Notes under the pieces: generated by a model | Seen by the model: only the letters and a program-made list of their open reading frames with translations | Database searches by the model: none | What the model was told of the DNA's origin: nothing | Assembly: GCA_040954595.2 (NCBI GenBank) | Contig: CM082592.2 | Span: 8,171,677 to 8,235,676, forward strand | Direction: 5' to 3' | Source: Balanoglossus misakiensis | Lineage: Eukaryota > Animalia > Hemichordata | DNA: 64,000 nucleotides | Shown: piece after piece, positions 40,079-54,292 of the stretch | Layout: every line of letters begins with the position of its first letter | How positions within the stretch are numbered: position 1 is the stretch's first letter | Position numbers and translations under genes: made by a program

Positions 40079-43000
40079 AAAGAAAACAAAAGAAACAAGA
40101 CAAAACAAGACAAGACACAAGAGATGCGTATATTAAGGAAGTAGACGTGGACAATTTACATCTTCAAGATAAAAAAAATACCTTAGTGAGAGTTGAGGAG
40201 GGTAAAAAAAAACGAACAAGAAAAAAATGTGCAATGTTAGAGCCTTATAAAGTGAGCTGTGTGCTTGAAGAACGCCTTGCGTTATGCAGCTCGGTCTAAG
40301 CTCTGGCTGATATCATTAACCTTTAACCCGGCGTTGCAAATGCCATGTAACAAACCCACTTGGACTTGAAATATTTTTTCTTTTTTTTTATAACACGAAA
40401 AATTGCGCATGAGGAGATATATGTATGCATGAGAATAATAATCTGTAACATAAGTCGAAATTAACCGCGCAAGTCAGATAGATTATCTGATGTGGACCTT
40501 CAAATGTACGACAACCACCATCTGAGATTCTCCGTCCACACATTCGCTTTCAGAAGCATTAATTTGGAAGTTCTAAAAAAAAATAATGATATTCATTTTT
40601 TAAAAATGCAAAAAAAAAATAGAAAAAGGTTATAAAACGTAAAGAAAAAAATAACTGAGATGAAAGTGAATTACAAAACAGTTGCTTAACACACAAATGC
40701 AGCTGATACTGTGTCCCACCACCACTGGTTGTTTACAATATGTGAAATTTTCACTAACAAGTTATGAGGGGAAAATGTTGGCTTTCGCCAATTTCACCAG
40801 TGGCAGATCGAATGTACAGGTTCTTTTTTGGGGATGGATGGGGGTGGGGTGGGGGGCTCATTCATTCAAGAATAGAAACCAGCTCAAATTTTAAAACCCC
40901 TGAAACACTTGTGTGTACATGAATGTTTTGATGTTTTTGATGCTGGTAATATTATGAAATACACACTACGCCACATCAGTTTCTGTTTACTTCTCTGGGA
41001 ATTACAATGGTCCTACAATGCCTTAGTTCATAATGAATAATGTACATATCCTCATTTAAATATTTCACATGCAAATTAGATACATTCACATGCAAATTTA
41101 ATATGCAAATGATTTTACATGGCTTCTGCTTAGTGTTGGTGCATGAATTTCCAAGAATACGAGAACTCGGGGTTTTTTTTTGGCATTTTAACATTTTAGA
41201 TTCTTTTTTTCACAATAGGCCAGTACTTCAGATTGATCATTGTGCGTTCCAATCCATCCACTGGCGTTGCCGTCAGAAATGGCCTTTCGGGTATCTGACC
41301 TCTCAAACAGATATCAATGAGACCAGCTCCACTAACTTGTGGATCTACGGGAGTCTGCGATACCCATTATGGAAATAGTGGCTCCGTTTCGCGAATGTTT
41401 CTCCCGGCGGGCATTTACAGTTTCAAAACGTTACTGTAGAACTTGTGAGTGGTCTTAAAATTCGAGTGATGAAACATCACTCGGTCTCTGTCTGAAAAGG
41501 CAACAAGTGTGTCACTAAATTGCTGTTAGTATTTCAGAAATAATTTCTCACTGCGCCTGTTTATATTTTGTTCACAGTGGTTCCATGTTCCCTGTCAGCA
41601 CCACATTTTTCGTCTCAAGGCTAACTTAACACCCCATGACTCCAACTTTTGCCATGAAAACTAAAACATGCCTCATAACGTGCTGCTACAGCTAACAATA
41701 GAATTAATACGATTAAAAACAATGCAATCAAACGGAAAAAAATTAAAGATATTTTAAATACCAAAATAAAATATTTTTCACATAAATAGTAATGAGCCAA
41801 GCAGCTTAGAGATGCTTGAGATTTATCCTATTTTGATTTTTTGTTTTATTTGTAAAGCTTTGTCATTTTACAAATGGCTGTATTTTAGAAGAAGAAAAAT
41901 CACAAATTTTCAAAAACAGTCAGGTGAATTTTCTCTGAAGGGAAAATTTAAGACAATGGAGGTGACAACTGAAGTCTGTTACATATTTGTGAGTCGTCAT
42001 GCCCCTGTTGTTGTAAACTACTTGAAAACTGTCACAATTTTTTTTTCTGGTTTTTCTACAGAAATAAGCTAGAGAGAGGCTAGTGCATTTGAAATGTTGA
42101 AACTGAAATTAGACCGACAACGTCCCCTTTGAAGAAAGTGGACTGTTCTGCTTGGCTGTTCTGCAGTGTATTCATGCAGTTCAGAGCTTGGCATAGTTTG
42201 TTTGTCCACGGTTAATATCATATCCCCTCCACCATATCCCTGCCACAAGGTGTGAATACATCAAAGAGTTTTGTACAGGGCAATTTTTTGTATAAAAAAA
42301 ATATTTTGTTTTAAACTTAAGTAGCGATTTGCAGGCAGTTGACACTGGTCAGTAATTTTGACAAATCTGTAGATTCTAACAAGGCACTTAATATGTCGGA
42401 ATGCCAGCACTGAGAGATGGTTTCACAAATTTGGTCAGTATTAAAAACATTTTTTTGACAACAGGACTTGCTGGCCATCGTCAAGGGAAGTGATTTTTGG
42501 AGTTGCCAAAAATGCAAGCACTGGGGCTTCAGGGGGCTTGTTGGTGGAATTTTTTGTTGTTGCAGTTTCGACAAATTGCAATCATTTGTGTTGATGAAGC
42601 AGTCCATATTGCGCTGAAATGAAGAAATTTGTGTAGTGCAACAGAAACTTGTATTATATTTTTTGAAACTTTTTTTTGTAAATAGATTTTTTTGTAAATC
42701 TGGACTGGTTTAATACTGCACATGTAGTTTGAACTAGAAACACTTGTTGGCAACTCTGCAAATAAGTTCATTCACCAATTCACCTGCCAGACTCATGCAA
42801 GATGTGATTTGATGACTTGGAAAGTGCATGACATAAGTCGTCCAGGCCATTAGAACTGTCCATTTCTTTTATCCCATCCATGTACTGAAATGCTTATAAT
42901 AACACACTTGAATACCAAAGCCTAGCACATGACAGTTGCAGAATGCAAGGAGATATTGTGGGCAAGTTCTCTTTAAACACTTGCATACAAACCAAACCAT

Positions 43001-43177
43001 GTCAGATTTTGTCCAAAGTGAACTTATTACCTCACAAATTTTTTTGTCTTTTCATGGGCAGTTTGGATCTTCAGAACTGAATTGTTTTAAAGAGAGATAG
43101 GCATTTTATTGAATTGACGATGTCAGGGGTTACAGTGGTGTTGTGCCACAAGTTGAAACAAGAGAAATCGTTATAAT

Positions 43178-43195
43178 TGCCACTAGGTGGCAGCC
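43178..43195 (+). promoter_or_regulatory. CTCF-like motif
   Basis: TGCCACTAGGTGGCAGCC, a close match to the CTCF core. Confidence 0.6.
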
Positions 43196-45197
43196 TGTAG
43201 ATTTCTGGTATTGTTGGATGTGAAAGCTGACGTAACCCTTCCAGAGTTTGTGTTGTGTGTGCAGAGTGGCCGTTGCCAAGGCTACATGTAGTTAACTATG
43301 CCGAGATCAACTGACTATTAAGGGCAATGTGCTGAAATATGTAGAGCGGCTTTTTTTGTATGAATTTGTCAACGTGTTACGAAATGATACCTTCATTGGT
43401 AATGACAAGTAAATTTTCAGAAGAAAAAAAACAGACGACGAAAAAAAAAATTGATCTGTACACAAATGTATAGTCACTGCACCTGTAAATAGGTGTTTTT
43501 GTTGGTTGTCAAGGCAACTCAAAGCAAACTTTATTGATGTAATGAACTAGGCAGTTCTGTTTTCCTGTGAGCTCATTGTACAAGCGATTTAAAAATGTCG
43601 TCATCAGCAAAAACTGTCAGAGCTTGGCGTTCTTCACTTCTGGTGTCGACTTGCCTGAAATGTCTGGCTGTGAAAACATTTTGAGTTTGGCCAGGGTATG
43701 TTTGTATAGCAAGAGTTGGAAAGTTGCATTCCCCTTTCGTGAAATTTGTCGCGTCATTGTGTACAGTCACTGAACTTCTTATGATAGGCATTGACCACAA
43801 GATACAGTTGAGGGCATACTTCGCAAAACGGGAAACCTACTTTCAAATGCAAATATTGTATATATGTATGTGTGTGTGCTTGTTTGTGTCTATGTACACA
43901 ATGGATATGTACATGTGCGCGTAGGTCTGTGTTTGGGTGTGCGACTGTGCGTGTGTGTAGGGGTTGAGAGAGATACTCGCAAAGTTGCTATAAGCTGGCT
44001 AAGTATGTTTCGCTCCATCATGTTGGTTTTGTTCTCGTAATCAAAGTTGTATCATCGATAATTCTGGCGTTTGTTTTATCCATGACTGTTTTCAGCAGAC
44101 CTGATTAATTAGAACTTTGTGCCTACCTGTGCTTTTTTCGGATTTCCTTTCGAATAAGTTCCTTTGAAACAGTGGTGATGGGTGGAAACAAACCTTGTAT
44201 ACTTGTGTGAATTTGTTTTCCTCTCGGAGATTTAATTTATTATTTTTGTCCACAAAATCGGCAAATTTTGATTGTAATTTTTTGTCGGTAGTACCGATAA
44301 TTATTCAGTGTTCACCATGCCGTATCTGTTGTCCTAGACACGTTTTTATTTTGAACAGTAAAATTAATCTTAAAAAAAAAAATGCATGTCTTATTTCTGT
44401 AATGATTTTCTCAGACCTGAGGTTAATTTTCTTTTTTGTTGTTGTTGCAAATTTTGTGTTTGATTCAGTCTTGATGGCATCAGGAATGTGTTTTCCCAAT
44501 GGTGATGCCGTGTCAAACGTATACATGAAATTAGCGTGTACATGTGCATGTCAGAGGAGATGGTTCTGAAGGTGGGCTGTAAAAATGAATTCTGTCAATG
44601 GAACTTGATCGTTCAAGTGTACGTTGTGACCTCTCGACAGAAAACATTGTCAGAACCACGATTTCTGGAGAGAGAAAAACTTATTTTTCCGGAATGACAT
44701 GCAGAGAGAACTGCGATACTTAGAAGCTTTGATAAACTGTGTTTTCGTTATTTCATCGGAAAGCTGTTCAATGTTTTGTCAGATGAAAAAATGGTATTTG
44801 CTCGCTTGACACTGCTTGTTTTTGACATTTATTGTTTTGTTTTTTTACACAGAGTCTAGGCTAACTCTAGTTTTACTTTGTTCAATGTATGAATGCAGAG
44901 AGAAATGTCACTAGAAGAATGTGAATGAGTAAAAAGCTTTACTCCTTTCAATGTCCGTGGCAGAAAAAAAACTTTTTGTTGTAGAATCTTTCTCTTTTTT
45001 TTGAAGGCACTGGTTCATGTGAGCCCAACGAATAAAAGTTGACTGCTATAAAATGCGACAAGTCTGACTCCTGGTATATTTATCACCGTGTGGTTGTACT
45101 TACTGTAAAATGAGAAATCCGAACAGAACTCTAGAAATTACCCACCCCTCCCCCCTAACCCCCACACAGTTTTTGTCTCGGTAAATAATGTCTCTTA

Positions 45198-48100
45198 CTA
45201 CTGTGACGCCAAGATGTCCACACCAATGAACAGCTTTTTACAGAAGTCTGGCAGCTGTTCGCCCGGGCTGATCTTCGTCAAGTGTCTCTCGAAACTTTTG
45301 ACGTGCGTGCCCAGCTCGGTGAAACACAGCAGATCATCGGCCACCGACGTCACATCGTATTCCGCGACGCCGCTCAGCTTCGGGGGACAGTGGTAGTCGT
45401 CGAGCACCACCATGACCCCGCCGTCTGACATCTTGCTCCTCTTGGCGCAAGGGGCGAACGTTTCGGAGTTCTGCGACGACGGCAAGCTGCCTTGGCTGTC
45501 CGGCAGCACCACAGTCGGGTCGGACACCGTCTGGTCAAGTTCAAACTTCAGCAGATGGAGGTCGTTGACTTTCAGGTACGACCGGATCAACTGCTTGACC
45601 AGTATCGCGTACTGCACGCACTGGCCTTCGGAGAAACGCCGCTTCCGGCCGTCTCCCGTCTTCAGCGCCTGCGAGTATTCGCCGTCGGACGGGTAGAGGG
45701 CGCTGTTGTCACCCGAGGGCGTACTACTACAACCGTCAGACTTGAAGGACTCGGCCTGACTTAGATTCTGCGAACTGTTCACAGCCTGCGAATCACCTCC
45801 CCAAGTAGGGGTCTCTGAGCTGCAGCTGGATTCCTGACTACAGCTGCTGCTGCTGCCAACTGCGTTCGTCTGCAACGCGGCTTTCATCTCCTCGCTTGCA
45901 GCGCAGTCCACTGGAGTATACCCTTGGGAGTTCTTTGCCGTCAGAACAGCTTCACCTGTGAAAAATAAAACGGAAGAAATCTTGCATGAGAGACCATGAT
46001 CTCTTCGGATGCCTAATTAATGGTACATGTATCTGTATTACTGCAGACAAATACAAACTGCAAAGCTCACCTCCAGCCTTGGCTAGTAGTCTAGCGACGC
46101 TGACATGTCCCGTGAAGACCGCATCATGCAGTGGGGTTGTGCCGCATTCAGGCGCCGCCAACAGGTCCACTGCACTACCTCTGCTGCTTTCGTCAGCCTT
46201 GTCACCTAATACAGAGAAATACAATTACAACCAGTATGAATACAGAGAGTATACACTGCAGTCACGTTAAATACAGAGAAATACACCAATGTCTTTGCTG
46301 TACTTGTCGGGCTAGGTTTGCGTATTGATTTCTCACCTTTGCCAAAGAATGACAAGATGGTTGGCGCCCGTTTGAATTTCAGCAGCTCCTTGACAATCGC
46401 CAGGTTGCCATGGTTGCAGGCCTCGTGGAGCGGCGTCCATCCGGCATTGTCCCTGGCATTGACGTCGATTCCGGGACTGGTCAGCAGTTCCTTCACCTTG
46501 GACAGATTGTCCCTCATACAGGCCAAGTGTAGTGGTGTTTCTCCTGAAGCAGGCAAGGGAAGAGACAAGGATTATTATCCTGAGGATTTTTGTTTTTGCG
46601 GGAAGGAATGAGTGATCAAAACATGAACGATCAACATTTCTTCTTTGTGGAGAAGATTTTCTAGTGACAGGGAAAATTACCTTTCATATTTCGCTTATTG
46701 ACTTGACTTTTCTTCACGTTCTTGACATTGCTACTTTTACTGGGTGACAATGGAAACCGCTTGCTTGGTTCGAAACCCATAATGGTATTTGATTTACTGG
46801 AGAGAAAGCAAACAAATGACGTATTTATATTATTTGGCAATTTCTAAAACCGACACAAAAATTTCAAGAAATCGTATTTGTCGAAGGGCACATTGCTTGA
46901 TTGAAACATGAAATTACACCTTCCTGATATACTTACGCTAGAGTCTGCAGAGCTCCTGATTTCTGAGATTTTTTTCTCTCTCTGAAGGACGATGGTTTCT
47001 TATTTTCAATGTTGTTCGCGTTTGGTTTCTGGATTGGCGATCCGTCTACTGTGCTGGCAGGGGTCTTTGGCAGCATGAAGAAATAGCAAGACACCTGAAG
47101 AAAAAATATACAATGTATATTACAGTCAAACCTGTCTAATAGTGGCCAGTCAAGGGACTTTCCTAATTCATTCCATATGCTCTTAAACTGATGACACACA
47201 CACACAAATTCTTACCAGTTTCCGTAGCGACAGTTTCTTCTCCAGCAGAGGTTTGTTGTCGGGGTGAACGAGTCTGTTGTCGTAGCAACTGAGCATGGCT
47301 TCGGCCAGTCTCATTCTCAACCACATTGGCTGCGTCGTCTGCAGCAACAAACTGACACTCTCATTGCAGTCCAGGATGCCACCTGAAGATCAGAAAAACA
47401 TGTGTCAGTAGGTTTGTCAGTGGGTGTGTGAGGGGTTTGTGTGTTATGTGACAGACCAGTTTAAAGTTTTCATTGAGATTTGGCATATTGACTGATATCA
47501 CTTGCCGTCTTGAACAGCTCTTAGGATCTCCTTAGCAAAATCTCGTTCGTTGTCCATTGACGCCGACACTAGCACCACACTGACTTGCTGGTAACACTCG
47601 GCTGCTATGGTAACCATCCTTTGCACCATATTAACCAAATGTGTCTGTCGTGAATGTAAAAAAATATTTTTTTATATTATTTTTTGTTGTTGAAACAAAC
47701 CAATAGCCAGCACAAAAGAATATTCGGGCCATCACAAATAAATCAAGACCTACCATGTTGGATTCTGCCGTTGCAAGTTTAATTGCTCGGACAAGATACT
47801 CCAGTAAAGTGACCACGGCCGTGCTGATGACCCCAGGGTAGCCGTCTGGCCACAGAAGGCAGGATAGTATGCACTGTCTGGTCTGTGAAACTTTCTTCGT
47901 GGGCGACTTCCTGGGAGATGCCCTCTGTCTGAAATCCAGAAAACAAATCAATAAATAAATGTTTTGTGGCTTGGCTGAGTCAGAAATCAGTTGCAAAAAT
48001 AGTTTCTCATTATACTATAGATTTAAAAAAAACCTCTTACCTGGTAACTATACCCAAGAAATCTTGTTCAAATAAATTCACCAAATATTGGAAGAGAAGG

Positions 48101-51058
48101 CCGCAACTCTTTCTATTATTCTTCCGGATGCCACAAGAGGAACACATCTTGTCTTCCACACTTTCCTCCCCTTGTGGAATGTCGGATTCCGTATGAAGCT
48201 GGTCATTTTCATCCTGGACATCCTCTGGATCCATACCGATGGAATTACTGGGAAGGGGAAATATGGAATTTATTTTAGTTACATGTGAATTTGAGTTTGC
48301 TGTATGTAGAAGCATTTGGGTAATTTGCTGTCTGGGTAATTTGGCAGTATACAAACTATAGACAGGTTTGACTGCACTAGTATTCACCTGATGATGGTGC
48401 ACACAAAATCCCATTCTCCACCACTGACGTGCTCCATCCTCTCAGTGTACTCGGTCGTCGACAGCGACTGCAGATACATCAGCCGCAGCGCAGGCGAGGT
48501 GGTGGGGCAGTGCATACACAGGAGTTGCTTCAGCAGGTGGTAGACGCCCTGGATCACAACCTGATTGGTCGTCTGCGGTGAAGAGAGACCAATGAAACAG
48601 TGAGTTTCTCAGTTGTTGGACTGGCCATTAAAAATCCCAATTTTTACATGTCTTTGTACTTAAATGACTGGAAACACGTCGTACCTGGACCATTTCCACC
48701 ATCAGCTGATGCATCAAAGATGGCGGTGGGTATCGGCTGGACGATATGATGGCCTGCAAGTCGTGGATCACTGCACACCACATTCCCTCCTCCATAGTGG
48801 CTTCCAGGATATTGATCTGGCTGCGGTTAAACGGCAGGGCACATTTCTTGGTCTGGAAATATAAAAGTATTGTGCCAAGTGGCTATGTTGTCTCGGAAAA
48901 TACGGTTTGAAATCATAGGCTTTTTTTCAGGGTTAAATATTAGTCTCTATCTTATGATTTGTTGATCAACTGCTAATCGACCTGATATCGCTTGTATGTG
49001 GGTGCAATTGCATCACTGATAACAATGGGATGTATCTACCTTCTCTTTTGGCAGTGGCAACATCTGAAAACAGTAAGGAACAAAACTGGGTCCACTCTGT
49101 TTAGACTGAAAGAAAAAAAACAACGAACATAAATTAATTGAACTCGGTATTATAAGACACAACACAGTGCTCAAAAGTTTTCAAATAATTTTACCTTTCT
49201 CTTCTTAACTCTAAGAACGATATCCCGGATGATATCTTCCGACTGTAACAACTTTCTCTTCACTCCTCGAGGGTCAATTATTTGTTTGTTTGGGGTCATG
49301 TTCTTTGTTTCCTCCTCTTCTTTCAGGGCAATCTTCACAGTGTCTGTCAGCAACTTCGGCCCGACATCATTTACCCGTTTTCCTGTTGTGAAAAAACAAA
49401 AACATGTTTACTTAATTATTACAAACTGCATCATCAAGGAATTATGGACTGGCACGAAACCTGTCTTTTCTGAACAGCCATTTTTACCTGCTGGAGATGT
49501 TGTTTTGCTACTTGCAGCGCTGGACGTCAAACCTATGAGACTGAGTTTCGCGCCGCTTTGAGACAAGTCAGTTGAGGACCTCTGGCTGTTTGAAGTTGAA
49601 TCCAAGCTGGTGGTTGTCTGGCTGCTTGACAACGAAGAACTGTCAGATGAGGAGGCGGAGGTGGATGTTGTTGCCGATGACTTCTGGTTGCTAGGGACAG
49701 AGCTGACCGTTGTTTGACTGTTCGGCAGTGAACTGACGGAGGAAGTTGTCCAGGATTTCTTGTTGCTCGGGGCAGAGCCAACAGTCGTCTGACTGCTCAG
49801 CGATGATCTCCCGGTCGATGAAGACGTCAACGACAATAATGGTGACGTGTAGGTTGACACGGAGAAGGGCTCTGTATCTGGCGCAACGTCCTTAGAGACA
49901 AAGAATTCTTTTGTTAATTTGACATTCGAACTGAATAAGCATGAATGAACACACAGCCAGTGGCAGTGCATAAAATAGCATATACCTGAAGCAGAGTCTC
50001 AGCGATGTAGTCGGGCGAAACACACGGGATTCCGCGTCTCACAAATGCTTTGATGTTATTTTCATACTTCCTGTCGACGAACACGTGGGTCAGCTGCTTG
50101 GCCAAGCCGTCCAGGTCTTGAAGGGTGAATCTGGGTGATAGGACTGTGGCACCCCCTGCTTCCAACAACCTGGAGTCAAACACACAAGCAGAGCCAAAAC
50201 CATGTTAGGACATCAGTGATAAAAAAAAAATTTGTTTAGTAATGATTACTACCAGAAAAATTCAGATTTCGGAAGTGGACACAACTAAACGGGTGCCTCT
50301 ATTCAAAACAGGGGTAACAGAAAACTGATGTCAATTTTACCGCTTGTAAACTTCCGGCCTCCTTTTCACATTTTCGACCAAAATCATAGCGGTCCATCCA
50401 CTGAACGGTCTCTTTCCGGTCGCCTCTCTCTGCAGTCGCCATCGTTTCGGCGCGGTCAGCAACGGAAGGGGATAGTTGCTGTCTGTTGGTATCTTGTGGC
50501 CCCACTCATAGAGCCTGCTGTCCAACCATTTGCCGGCTTTCATGCTGTCTCTGACATATTCCTTGGTGACCACCCATTTTCCTGGATAAGGAAGAGAGAG
50601 AGAGATCCATCACAGGATTATCGGAGATCTCACTGGTCTAAGGTTACCACACCCCAAAAATATTCCACAAGAGAATTTTTTTTTTTACTTTCTCACAGTA
50701 GACTTATTCTCCATCCTGACACACTACTTACCCTCAGCACACCCACACAGGTACTTTTCACTGCGGATGGGTTTTGAAGACACAATGTGTGTACAGTCTA
50801 CCTTGTATTCCTGTCAAAAACGAAAAACAAATATCAGCACAAAGTTATCATAAAACTTTTACAGACGGATGGACAGGCAGAACCCAATCAATAAGTCCCC
50901 AGACTTGGCCTTACCTGTGTTTCATAGTAGACTCCTCCAAGTGTCAAAATGTATTTTGCCAGTTTTATCTTCTCATGGTCCGCGAATGATGATAGGAGAA
51001 ACTTGAACTTGTCATTCTTAAGTTCACAGCTTGATTTTCTTGTGACTTTAGTGCTCAT
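45198..51058 (-). CDS. SLF1: SMC5-SMC6 complex localization factor 1-like (ANKRD32/BRCTx): N-terminal tandem BRCT, C-terminal ankyrin repeats, ~1239 aa, 18 coding exons
   Basis: Exons (minus): 51058-50915, 50810-50732, 50581-50341, 50169-49986, 49890-49488, 49382-49195, 49105-49040, 48852-48685, 48572-48388, 48247-48041, 47928-47754, 47644-47506, 47382-47216, 47094-46937, 46796-46681, 46543-46337, 46205-46071, 45955-45198 (3720 nt). BRCT: CTHIVSSKPIRSEKYLCGCAEGKWVVTKEYVRDSMKAGKWLD...YEWG and LLEAGGATV. Ankyrin: NMKGETPLHLAC, DNAGWTPLHEACNHG, GTTPLHDAV. BRCT before ANK fits SLF1 rather than BARD1 or TONSL. Confidence 0.85.
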
Positions 51059-52168
51059 CTTCTCCAAATGATTGATTATGTGACAGAGCAGTGATCTGAA
51101 ATATTAGCAGATGTATTAGCCATTTTGAAATGTACAAGCATGATGATGTTACACAAAAGAAATGAATATTTATAAGAAATTGTACATGTAGTTCAAAGGT
51201 CATGACAGAGGTGTACGCGCGCGCGATGGGGGAATCCCACCTCCCCGCGCGCGCTGTCAAGTCTTTCTAAGACGTGAGAAGCGTCGATGGGTCCCCTCAT
51301 GCCATTCAAACGAATTCAACATTTGCAGAGCCTTTAATCGAAAACACAGATCGGGGAACAGTAGTTGCCACCGACAGAGTGAATTTTCCCGCGATATAAA
51401 TGAATGATGTAAGTTTCCTATGTGACTAATGTGTGTTGAAAATTTACTTCATGAAAATGCCACTGAATTAAACTTAACGCTTACCGTTTATTGGCGATCG
51501 ATCATGCTCAGAGACAGATAGGAATGTTTCTCAAAATGTTTACAGTCGTATACACTTTCTGATCGTCGTGGTACTGGTATTATTTGATGATCAAGTTTTC
51601 TAATCGGTCGTCCTGTGCAGTTGTATTGTGTACGCGTACGTCTCAAAATTCGCGCTTTCGGGACCAACTATTGTGAATTAGGGTTGTCTGGCTTATTTGA
51701 AGTCAAATGCTCGCCGTTTTGACATTAATCTGCTCTCAAATTCACGATAAAAATTGTTTTGAAGGTAAAACTGATTCTAAAATATATACAGTATAACCAA
51801 AAATGGCGAAAATGATGTAGAGTTTGAGAAATTTCAATACAACAGCCTTCACACCCCTTTAACCAATGGAATATTTTACGATATAGACAGCGGTGAAAGG
51901 TCAAAGAAAGATAACCTTACGAATGCACGGTTGTATATTCGACTTAAAATTTGTAAGATTAAAAAATTATACCAGCATTATTACTTTAATACAATTAAAA
52001 TCAAATTTATAATATAATTATTATTAAATGGCTACACTCAGTAAATTTATAATAATAATTGCTGGAGCATGATTTGTATAATATTGTACTATAAATAAAA
52101 GCATCATTCCACGGAAACTGTCTGAATTTCATTACGGAAGTGAAATATACAAAGCCGCTGTTATAAAC
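51059..52168. promoter_or_regulatory. Probable bidirectional promoter SLF1/BCL7, including an SLF1 5'-UTR intron
   Basis: Divergent ATGs ~1.1 kb apart. Minus-strand donor ACG|GTAAGC at ~51485 and acceptor at ~51096 suggest a non-coding first SLF1 exon. CCAAT at ~51863 and AAAATGGCG at ~51800. Confidence 0.55.
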
Positions 52169-54292
52169 ATGATGAGCTACAGTTCCGCGCGATCGGCCAG
52201 GGCAGAGACCCGTAGTAGAGCTAAAGATGAAATCAAACGTGTTATGCAAGCCATTGATAAAGTCAGGAAATGGTAAGTTTGTCATATTGAAATGGTTTTA
52301 TATAGAGTTTTCATTGTTTTCCATTTTCTTTCGCTATGCCGCAGTCTTTCACGTACAACACGGTCTTTGTTGTCCATAGTTTTGTTTCTAAACTGAGCAA
52401 TCGGTGTGTTAATTTATTTGCACTTAAAATTTGAATCTCACAAAGAAAGGAACACAGACATTTTAATTGTTCTGTTTTGGTAATATGTCGCTTGCGAGTC
52501 TTGAAATCGGTTTACGTTTGGAGAAACCAACAGTCGGATCCACGTACGACTGCCTTTCAGTGCCGTTTTCCGCCATATTTAATGTATTCAGAGGCCGTGT
52601 TTCTGTCGTTTAAAATGCCGAAAATATCGCGATATTCCCACTAAATATTGCTTGGATCCATTCACTCCGTCGAGATGTGTGATCACTCGCGTATCTGTGT
52701 GCATTAGCCGGGTTGATTTTCGCTCCCATTCATTGCGCGTCTAAACAATCATCAGCTGACAGGTGGAATGGGATATATAGCGATCTCAAGAAATGATACA
52801 CTCCCACTGGGAGTTGGCTGTTCCAGTAATTGCTGTGCCCCGTGAAAATGGCTGTTGATGCCAAATTTTTATTTGCCTGCCTGCACAGGGAAAAGAAATG
52901 GGTGACAGTGGGCGACTCCTCTCTGAGGATTTACAAGTGGGTGCCAGTTCTTGAAGACAAGAAGAAGAACAATGACGATAAGGACAAGAAACAAGAAGAG
53001 TCTGGACAACAACAGGCGCAGGACGGCCAACAGCAGAAGCAGCAACAAAGTGAACTGTCACAGGATCAGGGTAAAACTAAAAGTGAACCCAATTCAAATG
53101 CATCCCAAACTCAGGGTAAATGCTTATGCCTTTCTAGTGCTCTAGTTTTCTGCAGTTTCTTTCCTCAAATTAAATTATTCATTTTTTTTTCAAAATTTTC
53201 AAGTTTTGCACGTCTTGTATATATATTTTTTATATTAATTTCTTTCACATTTATCTTTGTAGTTGGCCACTAATAGTAAACTGCTTGCTTGATGTAAAGT
53301 GAGGAACCTTGAAAACCCTGTTTTTTTAATGCTAATAACACCAGTACATTGGCAAAAAAGGAGATCTCTAGAGAAGTGTGATGTTTTTTTTGTGAAGAAA
53401 GAGCATGTTGATTTTGTTATTTCTGTTTAATTATAGAAAGCAGATCATCGGGTCAGAGCAATGAGAAAGACGGGTCACAACAACAGCAAACTCCCAATAA
53501 ACCAAAACAGAGAGATTTTTCAGCATTGTTAAACGAAGATTCAAACTCAAGATTAAGTAAGTAAAACAATCAACTTTTGTACTTTTATCCTGTCAGCCCT
53601 GTCTAGCTGTTATTCGAGTCCAACTGTCACTGATTTGTTTTTTTTATCTTGATCTGTATTTCAGCCCCGAGTTCAGCAGTGAGCAATGATGAGTCGACAT
53701 TTGATTCCAACTACAGTGATGAAAATGATGACACGAGTACAAGTTACAATGGAGAAAGTAAGAGAAAATCTTGATGATTTCATATTACATGCTCAGCTTG
53801 GAATGTAGGTATAATTCTTGTGTCGGGGAGATTTTGATATGTCTGACGTGGACGTTTTTTTTTTTCGCTTTCAGGTAAAGATTATTCACAGAAAAGGACG
53901 GATCGATCACCCGTGTCCACTTTTAATGAAAACACAAATGATACGCAACAATCTCTTCCACAGTCTTTGACGTCAGAAACCGAACAGTCAGTAACACATC
54001 AATTGGTGAGTACGCAAAATTAAAGATGCATTGTCCATGTTTTGTCTGGCAGTCTCTTAACATTAAAGATGCATTGCCCATGTTTTATCCGGAAGCCATT
54101 ATGATAAAGATTTTCCTTGGCTTATTTCTTTGAACATGGGATCTTCAGATGTTGTGAGAAAAAAATTGGTTCAGCAGAGACTATGGTCATTGACAGTGAC
54201 TTTCTTTTATTCGTCCGCAGGACACTCAGGATAGCATGGACGAACCACCAAGTAAGAAATCCAGGCCAGACGCGCCGTCCCAGTCGAGCTGA
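52169..54292 (+). CDS. BCL7: BCL7 family protein (SWI/SNF-BAF subunit), ~248 aa, 6 exons
   Basis: Exons 52169-52272, 52889-53115, 53437-53556, 53665-53757, 53875-54005, 54221-54292 (747 nt). N-terminal BCL7 signature [47 protein letters not shown], then an acidic/Ser-rich tail ending DEPPSKKSR. Confidence 0.93.
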
